The translations under genes and the position numbers were made by a program. From Corythoichthys intestinalis (lineage: Eukaryota), in contig NC_080406.1 in NCBI RefSeq assembly GCF_030265065.1, positions 15,913,094-15,977,093 of the forward strand: a DNA stretch of 64,000 nucleotides, given 5' to 3'. A model generated the notes under the pieces. It did not search any database, was not told the origin of the DNA, and saw only the letters and a program-made list of their open reading frames with translations. Below are positions 48,344 through 64,000 of this stretch, one piece after another (within the stretch, counting starts at the first letter, position 1; the number at the start of each line of letters is the position of its first letter).

Positions 48344-51300
48344 GAAATGACACATATACAAAATGCACTTCAAGCTGTAGCTTAATGCTAATATACAATG
48401 GAATACTTCACTGACGCGCTAACCGAAAATAGCAATGCAGTTGTCAACTTAAAGAATATTCACACACAAACATATCCGGAACATTCATAGACAAGAAATA
48501 GAACAACACTTACAGGCAGAGCCTTTGTACGCTGCCAAGAAACGATTCATCTGCTAGTACTCTGTTACTGTCAGTGCTTCTCAGCGAAGTGCCACTCCCT
48601 TCTTGTGGCTGAGGTGCACACACTACAAGGGCAATTATTTTCAACCATTTTGCATTGTTCAGTGAATTTGTTATATTATTAAAAAAAATATTAGTGTAAT
48701 GTTTGTAATTTTGTTCCTGTTGCAGGCTAATTTTACATTCATTTTTAATTTATATGTGTAAAACTTTTCTTATGTTTTCAATTCAAATTCTTTACTATTA
48801 CCACTTAAGAAAATATGGGGGGAACATCATTTTGAAAGAAATTAGAATAAAACACTTAAGGACGAAAGTGACGAAAGAATGCTTAGCTAACTGCTAATGT
48901 AAATGCAAAACGTTACAGACTAAAACATTCTTCGTCTGAACTAGGCATGTGCCGGTATGAGATTCTGCCGGTATTATAACCTTAAGCTAAAATATCACGG
49001 TATTGCAATTACAGCTGTAAAATATGTTGCATTATTACAATCGGAACAAAAACAATGGAGTTATTTTTTCATAAAAAGCACTTGTGTATGACTCGTATCA
49101 TGTTTATAGTATACACACTCTTTCTCAATACAGACAGTTGCCAGAGAGAAAAAAAACACATTTTACCACCACTAGACGCACTAAACACGCTGGAGTTAAC
49201 TCTCGTCGTAGCTGGTGGGATACGTTCATGACAATGTTAACTAACCTTTAATTTTGTATAAATGTGAAATCATATTGTAGGTACTGCCTCCTCGGCAGCC
49301 AGCCTCCACAAACATGTTTTCAATGTCTGTTGGTCCTCCTCCTCTAAGCCACGGACGTCTGTAACTTTTCCGTGTCCGAAGTATTCCCATACCAGCGATT
49401 TCGTTTTCTTCGATGGGGGAAAAAGTTCAGGAGTTTCACCTCCTCCAGCCATCGTGTAGCACAGCTGAAACACTGAGCAACATTTCTCTCTGCATTTTTG
49501 GGACATAAAAAAAAAAAGCTAAAACCTTAGGGAAGGTATGACGGTAAATTTTTGCGGTTTTCAAACCGTGACGTTTTCATACCACGGTATACCTTGAAAG
49601 CAGTAATCGACGCATGTCTAGTTTGAACAGTAAGCAGTTCATCAGTCGTGCAAATTTAGTAACGTTAAGCATTTAAATCTCAAGATTAAAAAATGTTTAC
49701 TTCTTGATAGCGTTATTACTGTTGACCGTCAAACGTTCAATTTGGTGGCGTGCCCTTGAAAATGTGTTTTATTTGTCCATCTTTTAGACTTGTTTATCTT
49801 CGTGACAATTCTCATCAAGTTGCCCCTTGTGTGTCTGGATGAAATATTTACGAGCCTTTTCATTATTAGCACAAGCTTGTTAGTTATAAAAGTTGATCAT
49901 TAACAGATCCTAACGGTAGAGTAGAACCTTTTTTGGTCATCTAAAAGAACTGCAGCACAAGGGCAGCTTGATGAAAATGTCAGCAAAAATGTTCTTAACT
50001 TTGTAAGTCGTGTTGCATGATATTTGTTATATAGAGTGTGCTTTTATTTAAAGTTTGTTTTGGTTTATGTCTTAGTTTTCACCAGATGACCAAATGCACA
50101 TTGTACATGGCTAGCAAAACTGCATTGCATTGTGTGGAACTGTAATGCAATATGCTTGTTAAGTACTGAAACACACAACAGACATAAAATGGATACCGTA
50201 AATATCTTCATGAATGGCAATTCATCCTGCCTACTTTTATGATCAGTCATAATGATTTTATTGGTAGCGTGTATTTTTCGCCCAAAATATCTTATTGAAG
50301 TAAAGAATTTTAAGGAATGTAAAAAGACACTACAATTAGAATACGGTTTCAACTAATGTTTTCCTTCTTCAATTTATCGGTAGATAATTCTTTTTCGATT
50401 AATCAGTGAATCAAAATAAAAATCCCCCCTCCCAAAAAAAACGATTTTTTTTCCCAAAAGGCCAATAAAGAAATACTAAGTACTAAATGCTAATACTGAA
50501 GTTATCCATTTACAATAGTACTATTGGAAGCTTTTTTTTATCCAAGTACATCTTGCAAGTCTGCGTGTATTTTTAAATCTACTTGTTCATTACCAGACTT
50601 CAAGTAAAAATCATGTGTTTTGATTCATAGATTAGTCGTATGTACGACTGATTTATTTAACGTTGCGTTTTTATTTACCGGTAATTTTATTTCACCACTG
50701 AACATCATGTAGTGTGTTATAAACTAATTGTCCAACAAAACCAATTAGACACCTTTTTGAAAAATGCAACATGGAGAATGCAGAACTCCTGGCTCAAGAT
50801 CACCAGCAGTGGAAAAAACTGGTTTATCTGGTTGGCTGAACGCACAGGGACGGGACGCCGCCCCCAATTGATTGATTGATACACTTCATGGAAACGCCAA
50901 CAGCTAATTGTAAAACCTCATTGAATTGGTGACAGAAGAATAAAATTCCAAATAACCAAAACACAAACATTGCAGCAACATACACATGCATGATTTAATG
51001 TACCGTATGTTCATCCTCTAATGTATTCATTTCCTACTGTGGTGTTATCTTGTTGTTTATTTACATTAATTAGGTGTATCAGTGTGCTTGCACCAACACT
51101 ACCAAGGTGTGCACGGCAGGAAAAGCACACACTAATGCAGTTCCATAGTGAAGTTTTTCTAATACTTGAATATAAAATAGGTCTTTTCTCAAACTAGCAA
51201 TGTCCGAATTCATATTTCCATTTTATTTTGCTTATTTTGTATTCAGTTCCATACTTTCTGTAGTGCAGATGATTATTCTTATGCCACTTGGCATTGAAAT

Positions 51301-51481
51301 CCAGAGCTGCCCGGAAGCTTTCAGTTGTTTTATTTATTTGTTTATTCTTCACTTTTAAATATTCAGTCCAAATTTGCATTCTAAATGAAATACATTTTGA
51401 AAATACTGTATTTAAATGATCAAGGCAACATTTCATCATTGGGTGTATGTAGAATGTTTACTGTCAAAGGGGAGGAAAATG

Positions 51482-52984
51482 TACAGTGAGGAGCAGAAGT
51501 AATAGGTAGCGTTCTGAAATTTCAATAATCGGTGCATTTCCACTTAGAGACATAATCTATAAAAAAAAAAAAAAAACGGAACTCTCATCGTATGATTTTT
51601 CAATTATTAATTTGTAATTTATTTGGGTTCATAAATATTTATACCGCTGAGAAAATCAGTACTGATATTTAGTACAGAAGCCTTTGTTTGCAATTAGAGG
51701 TCAGACGCTCTCTGTAGATCTTCGCCAGGTTTTCACATATGGAAATAGGGATTTTGGCCCATTCCTCCACACAAATCTTCTCTAGATCTGTCAGGTTTCG
51801 GGGCTGTCGTAAAGAAACACGGAAGTTTCAGCTCCATCCAAAGATTTTCTATTGAATTCAGACTGGCGAGGCCACTCCAGAACCTTCATATGCTTTTTAC
51901 GTATGCTTGGTCAGCTTGACTATGTGCTTCGGATCATTGTCATTTTGGAAGATCCAGCCACGACTCATCTTCAAGTCTCTGACTGAGGGAAGGAGGTTGT
52001 GGCTCAAAATCTGACGATACATTTCACCTTTCGTCTTCTGCTTTGTATAGGACAGTCGTCCTGTCCCCTTTGTCGAAAAGCAGCACCAAAATATGAGGTT
52101 TCCACACACATACTTCACAGTGGGGATGGTGTTCTTTGGATTGTACTCGTTGTTCTTTTTCTTCCACACACGACGACTAAAATTTTCACCAAAAAGTTCT
52201 ACTTTGGTCTTATCTGACCACATGACTTTCTCCCATGACCCCACTGCATCATTCAGATGGTCCCTAGCAAACTTCAGTTGGGCCTTCATATATACTGGCT
52301 TGAACAGGGGAACCTTCTAAGCAAAACATATCATTTTTAACCATTGCATCGTAGTGTTCTACTGACAGTAGCCTTTGAAACTGTGCATCCAGCTCTCTTT
52401 AGGTCATTGACCAGCTCCTGTCGTGTAGTTCTAGGCTTAGTCCTCACTTTTCTCATCATGAGTGATGCACCACGAGAAGAGATTGTACATGGAGCCCCAG
52501 TCCAAGGTAGATTATTAATCATGTTTAGCCTTTTCCGTTCTCTAACAATTGCTGCAACTGTTGATTTATTCTCACCAAGATGCTTTCCAATTGTCCCATA
52601 GTCTTTTCCAGCTTTGTGGAGCTCAACACTGTTTTCTCTGGTGTCTTTTAAAAGCTCTCTGGTCTTGCCCAAGGTAACAGTTGGATTCTGACTGACTGTG
52701 GGGTGCACAGGTGACAATTTTGAGCTCAAACAGATGGTGGTTGGGTGGTTACTCATGGGGTTATATTGATAGCTTTTTGAGTGTCATAATTATTGGTGAT
52801 TCTCAGGAATACAAATACTTATGAACCCTAGTAAATTATTTTTAAAAATCATACAATGTAATTTCTGGATTTTTTTAAGATTATGTCTCTATGAGTGGAA
52901 ATGCATCTATGATTGAAATTTCAGACCTCTACCTATTTTGCTTGCAAAATCAAAAGGGGTGCAAATACTTCTGCTCCTCACTAA
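51482..52984 (-). mobile_element. Tc1-like DNA transposon, about 1.5 kb, with decayed transposase.
   Basis: Terminal inverted repeats 'tacagtgaggagcagaagta..' at 51482 and '..gcaaatacttctgctcctcact' ending at 52984. The minus ORFs 52337-52756 (paired-like DNA-binding domain, '..KELSVDL..-like') and 51897-52289 ('[28 protein letters not shown]', a DDE domain) are split by a frameshift. Confidence 0.8.
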
Positions 52985-53005
52985 TATATATATATATATA
53001 TATAT
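52984..53005. repeat. (TA)n microsatellite.
   Basis: 'atatatatatatatatatatat' immediately adjacent to the Tc1 end. Confidence 0.8.
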
Positions 53006-54324
53006 GATTTGTTGTAAATGGCATTTGATAATGGTAATGCTGAACTCTGAATGTGACTTTTAAACTAAGCCTTGAAATATTACATTTGATGGCACATGAA
53101 AGCCCTGGTTGGTTTTGGCATTTCTAAAAGGAATCAATGCTCCTTTTCCTATGTGCATTTGGTCATTATATGATGAGTCAAAGTTTAAGTGATGAAAATG
53201 ATGTTGTTTTTTTTCCTCTTTAGATCACAGATTGTGTCTTTAGTCTATTATGACATATTAATTGAAGTAGTAGTAGTTAGATTTTGGGGCTCATTAAAAA
53301 GAGAATGTAAGGCAAGCAAGTGTGGTGGGAATGAGGCTCATGACAAAGCAAGTTTTCATTTCAAGTAAGTCACTATTGCACTTCTTAGAAATATCATTTA
53401 AAAAGTCTTCAAGATAAAAGAGGATTTAGTAATTCTATAACAGATGAGATAGTAAATATTCATGTTTACAACCACAAACAAAAAACATCGTCACTGAAAC
53501 TATGTCAGCAGATCAACTGAAAAAAGGTAAATGAGTAATTGTAATGCGCGCACCATTTATTTAATTCACGCAAAATGCAGTCCCACAGATAAAATGTCAG
53601 TCCAATGATTCAAGAATGCTATCTTATACTGCCAGTCCATCTTCTTGAACCTCTCAGAAAGACGACGTAAAGACGTGAACTGAAAAGGAAAAGTAATGAA
53701 GCACAATTTACCATCTACAGTCAGCACAACCATCTTGAAGAATACCCCTGTATGCATTGGCGAATGGATTGGATTTTAAGGTCTTGGCTTTCAGGCCTGT
53801 TTTATGCTGCACCTCTTTCTTGTGAGCTGACATTCAAATGCTTTTTAAGTTGTTTCCAGCATTTCTTTCAACCTCTCCATGCTTACATACTTACTAATGA
53901 GCAAACACAACATGTATTCATTTAATAGTATTACCGTAATTTCTGGATTATTGGACGCCCCTGATTACAAGTTTCACCCAGTACATTTTTAAAGGAAAAA
54001 CCATTTTGTACATACATAAGCCTCCTGTCTATAAGCCGCGTGTGCCCACATAGTAACATAAGATATTTACAGAGAAACACACAGCGTTTTCTAAATTTTA
54101 ATAACGTACCTTAAAGAGCATACGACACGAGAAAAAAAGTCTTAAATGGCATTATTATGTGAATTAGAATCATATTTTGAGACGATTCGACTATATACAA
54201 CAATTTAGCAAAGCACAGATGACGAGAAATTAGTCTTTTAATCTGCCGGTTAGCCCTGCCTACCATTATAGGGCTTTAGCGTCCCCAACAGGTGGATGAC
54301 GTCAGCGGTAGACTGGGCTCATCG

Positions 54325-54639
54325 GTTTTACTATTCAGCCCATTGAGGGGGAATTATTCAGAACGAGGAAAGCGCGACGAAGAGAGCCGCAAAATGTCAT
54401 TGTTTCAGTCTTTCTACTCCAATATTTTTACAGGATATTCTTTTTATCCAAGTATTTTTCCCCAATAGCTATATAAATGGCTTGAGAAGGACCAGTCAGC
54501 CCGTCGAGGGGGAACTATTCACAACGAGGAAAACGCGACGAAGAGAGCGGCAAAATGTCAGTTTCTGTCTCTTTACTTCAATATTTTTACAGGATATTCT
54601 TTTTATCCAAGTATTTTCCCCAATTGCTAAATAAATGGC
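54325..54639. repeat. Tandem duplication of two units of about 172 bp.
   Basis: Units start at 54325 and 54497 with 'cagccc(a/g)t(t/c)gagggggaa(t/c)tattca(g/c)aacgaggaaa(g/a)cgcgacgaagagagc(c/g)gcaaaatgtca..ttttatccaagtatttt'. Confidence 0.75.
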
Positions 54640-54949
54640 ATGGTCATGACAAATAACAGTCTTGTGCTGAATGGAATATGAAATAATAAAAATGCATTTA
54701 TTCATGACGACATGGCAAAATTACTCCATAATGGTCAAAACTGTCGACTTCACCTTTACTGTCGCACCTCCCGAACGATACTTTATGACACCTAAATCGG
54801 ACATATGTAATTTCCCTTCCCCGGCTTTGGAGAATATAAACAAACCAGAAGGCGTGACAGCTAGCCGACATGCTAACCCGAACCGAGTGATGTTTCAAAG
54901 TCTTCGAAGCGGAAAATCACACATAACTATCCTGGATTATTTGACATGA

Positions 54950-55620
54950 CGACCCGGTTGTCGATTGCCTTCGCGGATCGGCAAACCGCCCGGCGGAGAG
55001 CAATTTACAGTTTGTTCCCCGGAGGAGGGTGGCTGGAGTTGTTGTGCAGCTAACGTGCTGCTGCTAATGAGCATTAGGAGAGCTTTTTACATGCCTATCA
55101 ATGATCAAACGTAAGTAGTCCTTCATTTAAAGGGAGTTTGTAGTGTTTACTTTGTAATCGCTGTATTCGTATTTGACATAATACAAAACAAGATGTTTAC
55201 TCACTTCCTCGTAAGTCCAATGGTCCCACAGTAAATATCCACGGTGAATGGGAACCTTTTGAAACTCCAAAAAGGCGCATACGCCTCTCCCTCATACAGA
55301 ATGATTTTTCTGCAGCCGTTTGGCTGGCGTGATGCGAAAAATAAACGTATTATTCCGCAAAATCAGCTGAATCTTCGTCCTCATACACAACAGTACACTG
55401 TAGCGTGAAGAGGACGTCTTCTACCGTACACGTCACAGCGCCCTCCTCCTCAATGCCAGACCGAAGCCGGAAGTCACTCATTTTCATGGCGCGGGATTCA
55501 AAAAACTAAATAAAAATAGCGATCGCTTCCACACACATCCAAGCGGCCCATATCATTCAGGGGCATAAAATACCGTGTGTATTATGAAATAAACATGCTT
55601 TTTCGTGTCACAGGCACTTC
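54950..55620. repeat. Second copy of repeat family R1.
   Basis: Matches 190-960 and lacks the segment corresponding to 300-480 of that copy. Confidence 0.55.
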
Positions 55621-56224
55621 TAACTTTTCTTTCCAAACAGCGTCAGCAATACGGCACTTACATAACAGCAACACGGAGCACAGCGCTAGCCGGGCTGGTT
55701 ATTAGAAACATGAAAGTTTTTATTAGCCACCTTCATCTTCTTCCTGTGCACTGAAACCATGGAAGTCTTCACGCTCAGTGTCTAAGATGAATAGGCTCAG
55801 ATACACTTCGCCACGCACCTTCTGTCTCTCTTTCGTTGTCACTTTCATTGTCTCTCATCATGAGGCAAATTCACTCCTGAGCTTGTGCCGTCCTCTTTGT
55901 CACGCAGCAGACTGGCTTTTCGAAACCCATTGGTGATGGTGGATTTTTTTTCACACTGCTCTACGCTGTCAGGATCCACTGGCAGACTTGTGCAAAAGTT
56001 GCTCTTTGTATGCGGCCAGTTTTGGTAAACGATCTCTCGCCGCTGGCCTTTCAAGCCTTCCATTTAACTCGGAGTGCCACTTTAAATGCACGATTCACAC
56101 TAATGTCAAGTTGCAAGTGAATTTCTTCTAGCATTTTCCATGATGTGGGTCTGCTAATTTTATTCATGCACAAAGTTAAAATACCGGTAGTAGTGCAAAC
56201 TAGTCTTCTTCGACACATACTCGT

Positions 56225-57750
56225 CCTTCTCAAAAAATAAGCATATTGTGATAAAGTTCATTATTTTCTGTAATGTACGGATAAGCATTGGACTTTCATA
56301 TATTTTTTATTCATTACACACAACTGAAGTAGTTCAAGCCTTTTATTATTTTAATGTTAAAGGTTTGGGCAAAAAACGTCAAGAAAAAACAAAAATCACA
56401 ATTTCAAAAAATTAGCATGTTTCAGCCGACCAATACAAAAAAGTCAACCTTCAATTAATTATATCAGCTATGCACTCAATACTTGGTCGGGAATCCTTGC
56501 AGAAATGACAGCTTCAATGCTGTGTGGCATGGAGGCAATCAGCCTGTGGCACTACTGAGGTGTTATGGAGGCCCAGGATGCTTCGATAGCAGCCTTAGGC
56601 TCATCCACTGTGTGTCCCTCAACTTGCTCTTCACAATATCCCACAGATTCTCTATGGGGTTCTGATCAGGAGAGTTGCCAGGCCAATTGAGCACAGTATG
56701 CCATCGTCAGTAAACCATTTACCAGTGGTTTAAGGCACTGTGAGCAGGTGCCAGGTCGTGCTGAAAAAAGAAATCTTCATCTCCATAAAGCTTTTCAGCA
56801 GATGGAAGCATGAAGTGCTCCAAAATCTCCTGATAGCTAGCTGCATTGACCCTGCCCTTGATAAAACACAGTAGACCAACACCAGCAGCTGACATGGCAC
56901 CCCAGACCATCACTGACTGTGGTCACTTGACACTGGACTTCAGGCATTTTGGCATTTCCTTCTCCCAGTCTTCCTCCAAACTCTGGCACCTTGAGTTCCG
57001 AATGACATGCGAAATTTGCTTTCATCTGAAAAAAGTACTTTGTACCACTGCGCAACAGTCCAGTGCTGCTTCTCTATAGCCCAGGTCAGGCGCTTCTGCC
57101 GCTGTTTCAGATTCAAAAGTGGCATGGGAATGCGGCACCTGTAGCCCATTTCCAGCACACGCCTGTGCACGGTGGCTCTGAATGTTTCTACTCCAGACTC
57201 GGTCCACTGTATCTGCAGGTCCCCGAAGGTCTGGAATCGACCCTTCTCCACAATCTTTCTCAGGGTGCGGTCACTTCTATCTGGTTGTGCAGCGTTTCCA
57301 GCCACACTTTTTCCTTCCCACAGACTTCCCACTGAGGTGCCTAGATACAGCACTCTGGGAACAGCCTATTCGCTCAGAATTTTTTTTCTGTGTCTTGAGG
57401 GTGTAAGTGTTGGCAATCTGGACAGCAGTCAGGTCGGCAGTCTTGCCCATGATTGCGGTTTTGAGTAATGAACCAGGCTGGGAGTTTTTAAAAGCCTCAG
57501 GAATCTTTCGCAGGGGTTTTGAGTTAATTCATTGATTCAAATGATTGGGTTAGTAGTTTCTTTAGAGTTTTTGTGATATGGTAATTTTTTGAGATGGGGA
57601 TTTTTGGGTTTTTTTTTTTTTCTTGACATTTTTGCCAAAATCATCAATATTAAAACAATAAAAGGCTTGAACGACTTCAGTTGTGTGTAATGAATCCAAA
57701 ATATATGAAAATCTTATGTTTATCAGTACATTACAGATAAAATTGAACTA
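56225..57750 (-). mobile_element. Tc1-like transposon with long (about 200 bp) terminal inverted repeats and a decayed transposase.
   Basis: 56235-56440 is inverted relative to 57500-57750 (for example 'ttattcattacacacaactgaagtagttcaagccttttatt' and its reverse complement). The minus ORFs 56940-57353 ('LNLKQRQKRLTWAIEKQHWTVAQWYKVLFSDESKF..RVWRKTG') and 56719-56913 ('..FFFQHDLAPAHSAL') are Tc1 transposase fragments. Confidence 0.75.
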
Positions 57751-59207
57751 TTCCACGCGTCTCACTCTTAGGTTGTATGCTCGAGTGCCCCTGGCGGCCG
57801 TTAGAAAAGTCGATTGGCTGCATCATTGCACGTGCCGCAGGATTCAAAATGAAGGGGAAAAAGTAGCGGCTTGTAGTCCGGAAATGATGGTACTCAACAT
57901 AAATTAGTGGAAAACTCTCTTTGGTAATAAACAAGTAATCCCATAACAGACAATTGACTACAGACCCAAAGTGATTCTAAATGGTCTTTTGCCAAAAGTA
58001 ATGGTAAGAATAATTTACTCAATTGGAAAAGAATTACTACCTATTCGAAACCTGTCATTTTACTGTAAAAGTAATTGGTCTTACCCAGTCATAAAAGTGG
58101 TTGGAAAAACCCAGCATGCCTAACATTTCCAGTTTTTGGCTATTATTTCATCATACTAATATTCATACTCTTGCCTTTTTTTTTTTTTTTTTTTTTTTTT
58201 ATTAATTTGTCATGAGCCTCCGAAAGTGGGGAAGTAGCTAGCTAGCAGGAGGCAGGAAGGCGTGACGATATGAGAACAGATAGAGCAGAGCGGTTAGCGG
58301 CCGCTGGCGTTGCTTAGCACCATGTACTCACCTGTTAACTGTGTAATGGTAACAATCATCTTGTGCAAAGCTTATTTATTTATCCACTGTTATGTCACTG
58401 TGTTCAATATTTGAAGGTCATGCCAAGAAATGTCTTCATTCTGTGATGTCACACTATTAACCTGATACAATAATCTTTTGTCCTTGCTGAAAGTGACAAT
58501 AAGTGCGAAGAAAAAGAGAAAAAGTTTGCTCACCTGCTAAAACAGAACCGTACGTCTTAATTGTTTTGCAGCCATTGAGTTGGACATGACTTGGTTTTTT
58601 CAAGTAATCCTAGAAAGGGGGAGAATAGACACTGACGCTGAGTCTGCCCCGTTCCCTGGGATAGCCGCCGCACTGTTGTGGCATTGAGTGTTCTCACTAT
58701 CGCTTCCTATCTACACACTGGCAAACTGTTGAGGTATTTCTTGCGGTGATTGGTTTTAATGCTAGGTTTTCATGTCAATAAATCACAAGTGAAATTTTTA
58801 CACCTGCATGCTTTGCTTATTACCCATGATTGTTCTTGTATCTAGCTTTTGTCTTGAATATTTAGCCTATTTCTATTGATTGAATGTTTATTTTTGTCAA
58901 CTAACCATTAGGAGCCCTTTATATGGACAGGTTTAATCACGTGAGTCCCATGTCAAAGCACTAGCATGACTATAGGCTGCCTCTGGGAGGTTAGATGAAT
59001 AGTTAGTGAAGACACATATGCTAGGACTGAAAAGCAAAGCATACCAGGCATTTCAAAAGAATTAACGCTTCCTTTTTAAACAAACAAAACTGATCAGCAT
59101 ACGCTCAAGATGTCAAGTCTCACTAAAGGAATACTTTTTGCTTTTGATAGGTTTGTCTGCAGAAGCGCTGAGGACCAGTGCTATATTGTACATGCATTTA
59201 AAGACAC

Positions 59208-61455
<2,248 letters not shown>

Positions 61456-63274
61456 TTTATTATTCTTTCAGATGGGGTTTCACTTTACTTTCCGAAATAT
61501 GTCATGTAATACAAGGACATTTACATACACTTGACAATAAAGTAATGATAAACAACCCAACAATTTTTAGGGGGGAGGTCACACAGCACAGTGATAATTG
61601 ACAAATTGCTGCTGATAATTTATTTTTCTGGCTGAAAATGTTTTTTTTTTCCCCCATTTCACAAACACTCTCATCCTTATAGGGTGCGATCGAGCGGTGT
61701 GTTTAAGGTCACGCTGCTGGAATTTAGAGTGGGGAAGGAATGTTTGCGCTGACGTCATAGCATAAGTGGTACAACTGCTACTGTTTTTGGTTTCTTATAA
61801 AATATCAGCTGTTAAATTACAATTTGTATTCCTTGGCATGAGACGAGTACATTTCCAGAACCACAAAATTTGTTAAGCAAATTAAATGATTTGAGTAACA
61901 AGCTGGAAGCGTTAATTTAAATGGGGGGGAGGGGTGATGTTGAACAAGTTATTGTGTGAATTTTAATATTTGCTTTTGACAATGTTAAAATCCTCATTGT
62001 GCACACTATTTCCAGAAGGTTTTAAGACACCTTGAGTTGATTAAAACGGCTGGAAGCTGATACATTGTGGAAATCGATGTCACTTGCTAACAGTAAAACT
62101 AGAGGTAACCGTCAAGATTATTTCAATGTACTTTACCAGAAGCAAAATCAAAAGCTTTTCAGTACTTTTGTGGGCTGATATAATTTCTCCATGAAATGGC
62201 CCTTTGACAGCAATTTCTCCCATCCTGGCTCTTTTCCAGAAGCTCCATTTAGTTAACAAAGACCTCTCTGTTGGCGCTGAGAACCCATTGCGCTGTCAGG
62301 AACAAGTCTGATATTGTTTTGTCAACTGAGAATTCCATTCATTAATCGAAACCTAAAATGGACATCCTTCAGCTGTGTTTTTATCTGTCAATTAAGTGTG
62401 AGGTCATCAACATTTTTTTTCCATTAACATTAGACAATTTTGGAATGATGATAGATAACTGTTTTACTGTCAAGGCACATCGATTCCACAAAAGACGGTG
62501 ATCCAGTCCCAGCACTGTTTGCTCGTTTTCTGGCATGATGAAAGTCTGCTGCAAAGAGGCGTGATTAACACAAGTGCGAACACATGTCGATCTCCAGAGA
62601 AGACCTTGAAAGTCAAAATTTTCTCGAGACTTGTCGAAGATACTTGAATTTCGCAGTTCTTTTCTACAGACTTCACCTGAAAAATTCTTGCCTCATGACC
62701 TGGATTTCGAATTTTTCTTGAAGCAATTTTGACATTCTTCCTTGTCGGCTTTGGCCGCGTCCGTGACTTTTTTGGGGGGGGGCAATCATCGCTAGTCGAT
62801 GTGTATTTTGGGCCAATTAGCCCTTTTATCTTGCAAAGAGACTTGGTTCACTTTAAACTTCAATCCTTGCACAAATTTGGGTTTGGAGATCTTCAAGAAC
62901 TTCTCATTTCATCATCCCGTTTCATTTCGGATAATTCCAGATACACCTGAAAATGACAACACTCATTTTAGCTAGAATTAGTTTAGCATTGTTTTAATCC
63001 TGTCTCTTGGTCAGCAGACTTGATTTTCTTGAATATTTGAAAACCATTCGGTTTACCCAAAAGATGATGCGAATGATCCAAAAGGGATCCGTCATCATCT
63101 GTCATTATGATGACAAAGGCAATTGATTTCCTCATGATACGTGTGTTTAAGTGGGAGTGATTGCTGGATAAGTGCGTCTGTGTGTGTCCGAGTGAGTGTC
63201 ATGTTTTCTTTGGATTTGTGTACGTGCAAACGCGCCGGAAGTCGCGCTGACACTCAACTTCTCCCGTTGTGCAG

Positions 63275-63543
63275 TGTGAGGAATGCCAGCGGGCTGACCG
63301 CCGCCGACCTGGCCCACGCGCAGGGCTTCCAGGAGTGCGCCGAGCTTCTCTCCAATGCCCAGAACTTCCAACAAAACATGGCTCAATTCCATAACGGGGC
63401 CGTTCTGAACGGCACCGCTCGCAATGGGGATCATCACCATAACCCTACAGTCCAGAATCGTGGCTTCTTCAAGGGTATACCTAACAGAAAGAGATCTTTG
63501 GATGAGCAGGAAGTCAACCCGGTGAAGAAGGCAAGACCAAATG
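63275..63543 (+). CDS. ankrd10: ANKRD10 exon 4 ('(D)[66 protein letters not shown]'). The gene continues beyond the window.
   Basis: 'ttgtgcag' acceptor and 'aaatg|gtgggt' donor, with entry phase matching exon 3. Matches human '[66 protein letters not shown]'. Confidence 0.85.
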
Positions 63544-64000
63544 GTGGGTGTGAATCACAGCCTCTGTTGTACGAATTAAAAATGGAATATGGATGTTGAA
63601 ATCCATTTGCGCTGGAAGCAACATAGGGTTAGAGAGACCCTTCCAGTTCTAATTAATTGGTCAGCCGTTGCTGTATGTGGTCACTACTGTGGAAGCAGCA
63701 GGTTAAGAAATATAAATTGTTCTACTTGGCAGCAGCCAGCAGAGGGCACCATTGATTCAGGTTCAATTCATAGCTTTAACAGGTTTTCTTCCGTTACAGG
63801 TTCAGATCAAGTGCAAATGTGCGATCAAATTATACTAAGAACCTTTATTTATTTATTTTTTTTAAAAATCATTTTTAAGGCCGTGTAGGGACTCTGAGTT
63901 ACACAACAAATGTATAGATGCCTGTTTTTCTAAATCATAAGTTGTATTTTAAAAAGGAGACTGGTAACAAAGAATGCCTGCAATAGCTTAATGTTTTGAA

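Noticed and set aside
56483-56665. Plus-strand ORFs within the Tc1 copies (also 59463-59776, 59922-60525, 57063-57468)
   Set aside because: These are antisense frames of decayed Tc1 transposases. The sense-strand (minus) frames carry the recognisable 'WSDE(T)K..LFG' and DDE motifs.

Overview
This window is vertebrate nuclear DNA, almost certainly teleost, and contains no prokaryotic system. The evidence for that is an AT-rich background, many poly-A/T tracts, short GT-AG introns, fish-type Tc1 and hAT transposons and a tRNA-derived SINE; the supplied six-frame ORF track allows GTG/TTG starts and is mostly uninformative here because the real genes are split into small exons. Two plus-strand protein-coding genes are recognisable from exon translations and splice signals. 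The first (about 2.4-30.1 kb) is a von Willebrand factor A domain protein of the VWA5A/VWA5B type: a vWA MIDAS motif with 'GGT' and 'LLSDG', then 13 phase-consistent exons including a 986-bp Pro/Ser-rich exon. Its 5' end lies outside or near the window start. The second (42.1 kb to the window end) is an ANKRD10 orthologue: its first four exons translate to ankyrin-repeat sequence closely matching ANKRD10, and its 17-kb third intron is packed with transposons. The rest of the window is interspersed repeats. These include three Tc1-like elements with decayed transposase ORFs, one carrying a nested retroelement-like insertion, and a 2.75-kb hAT-Charlie-like element with perfect 8-bp target-site duplications and a transposase C-terminal remnant. 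Several hAT-type MITE families with 8-bp duplications are present in multiple copies, along with a pogo/Tigger-derived MITE retaining a CENP-B-type helix-turn-helix fragment, a THAP-finger remnant, a BED-finger remnant, tandem arrays of about 183, 172 and 73 bp, and long poly-G and poly-C tracts. No rRNA, tRNA or snRNA genes or CRISPR arrays were found. The most interesting observations are gene-structural and transposon-related rather than a novel cellular system.
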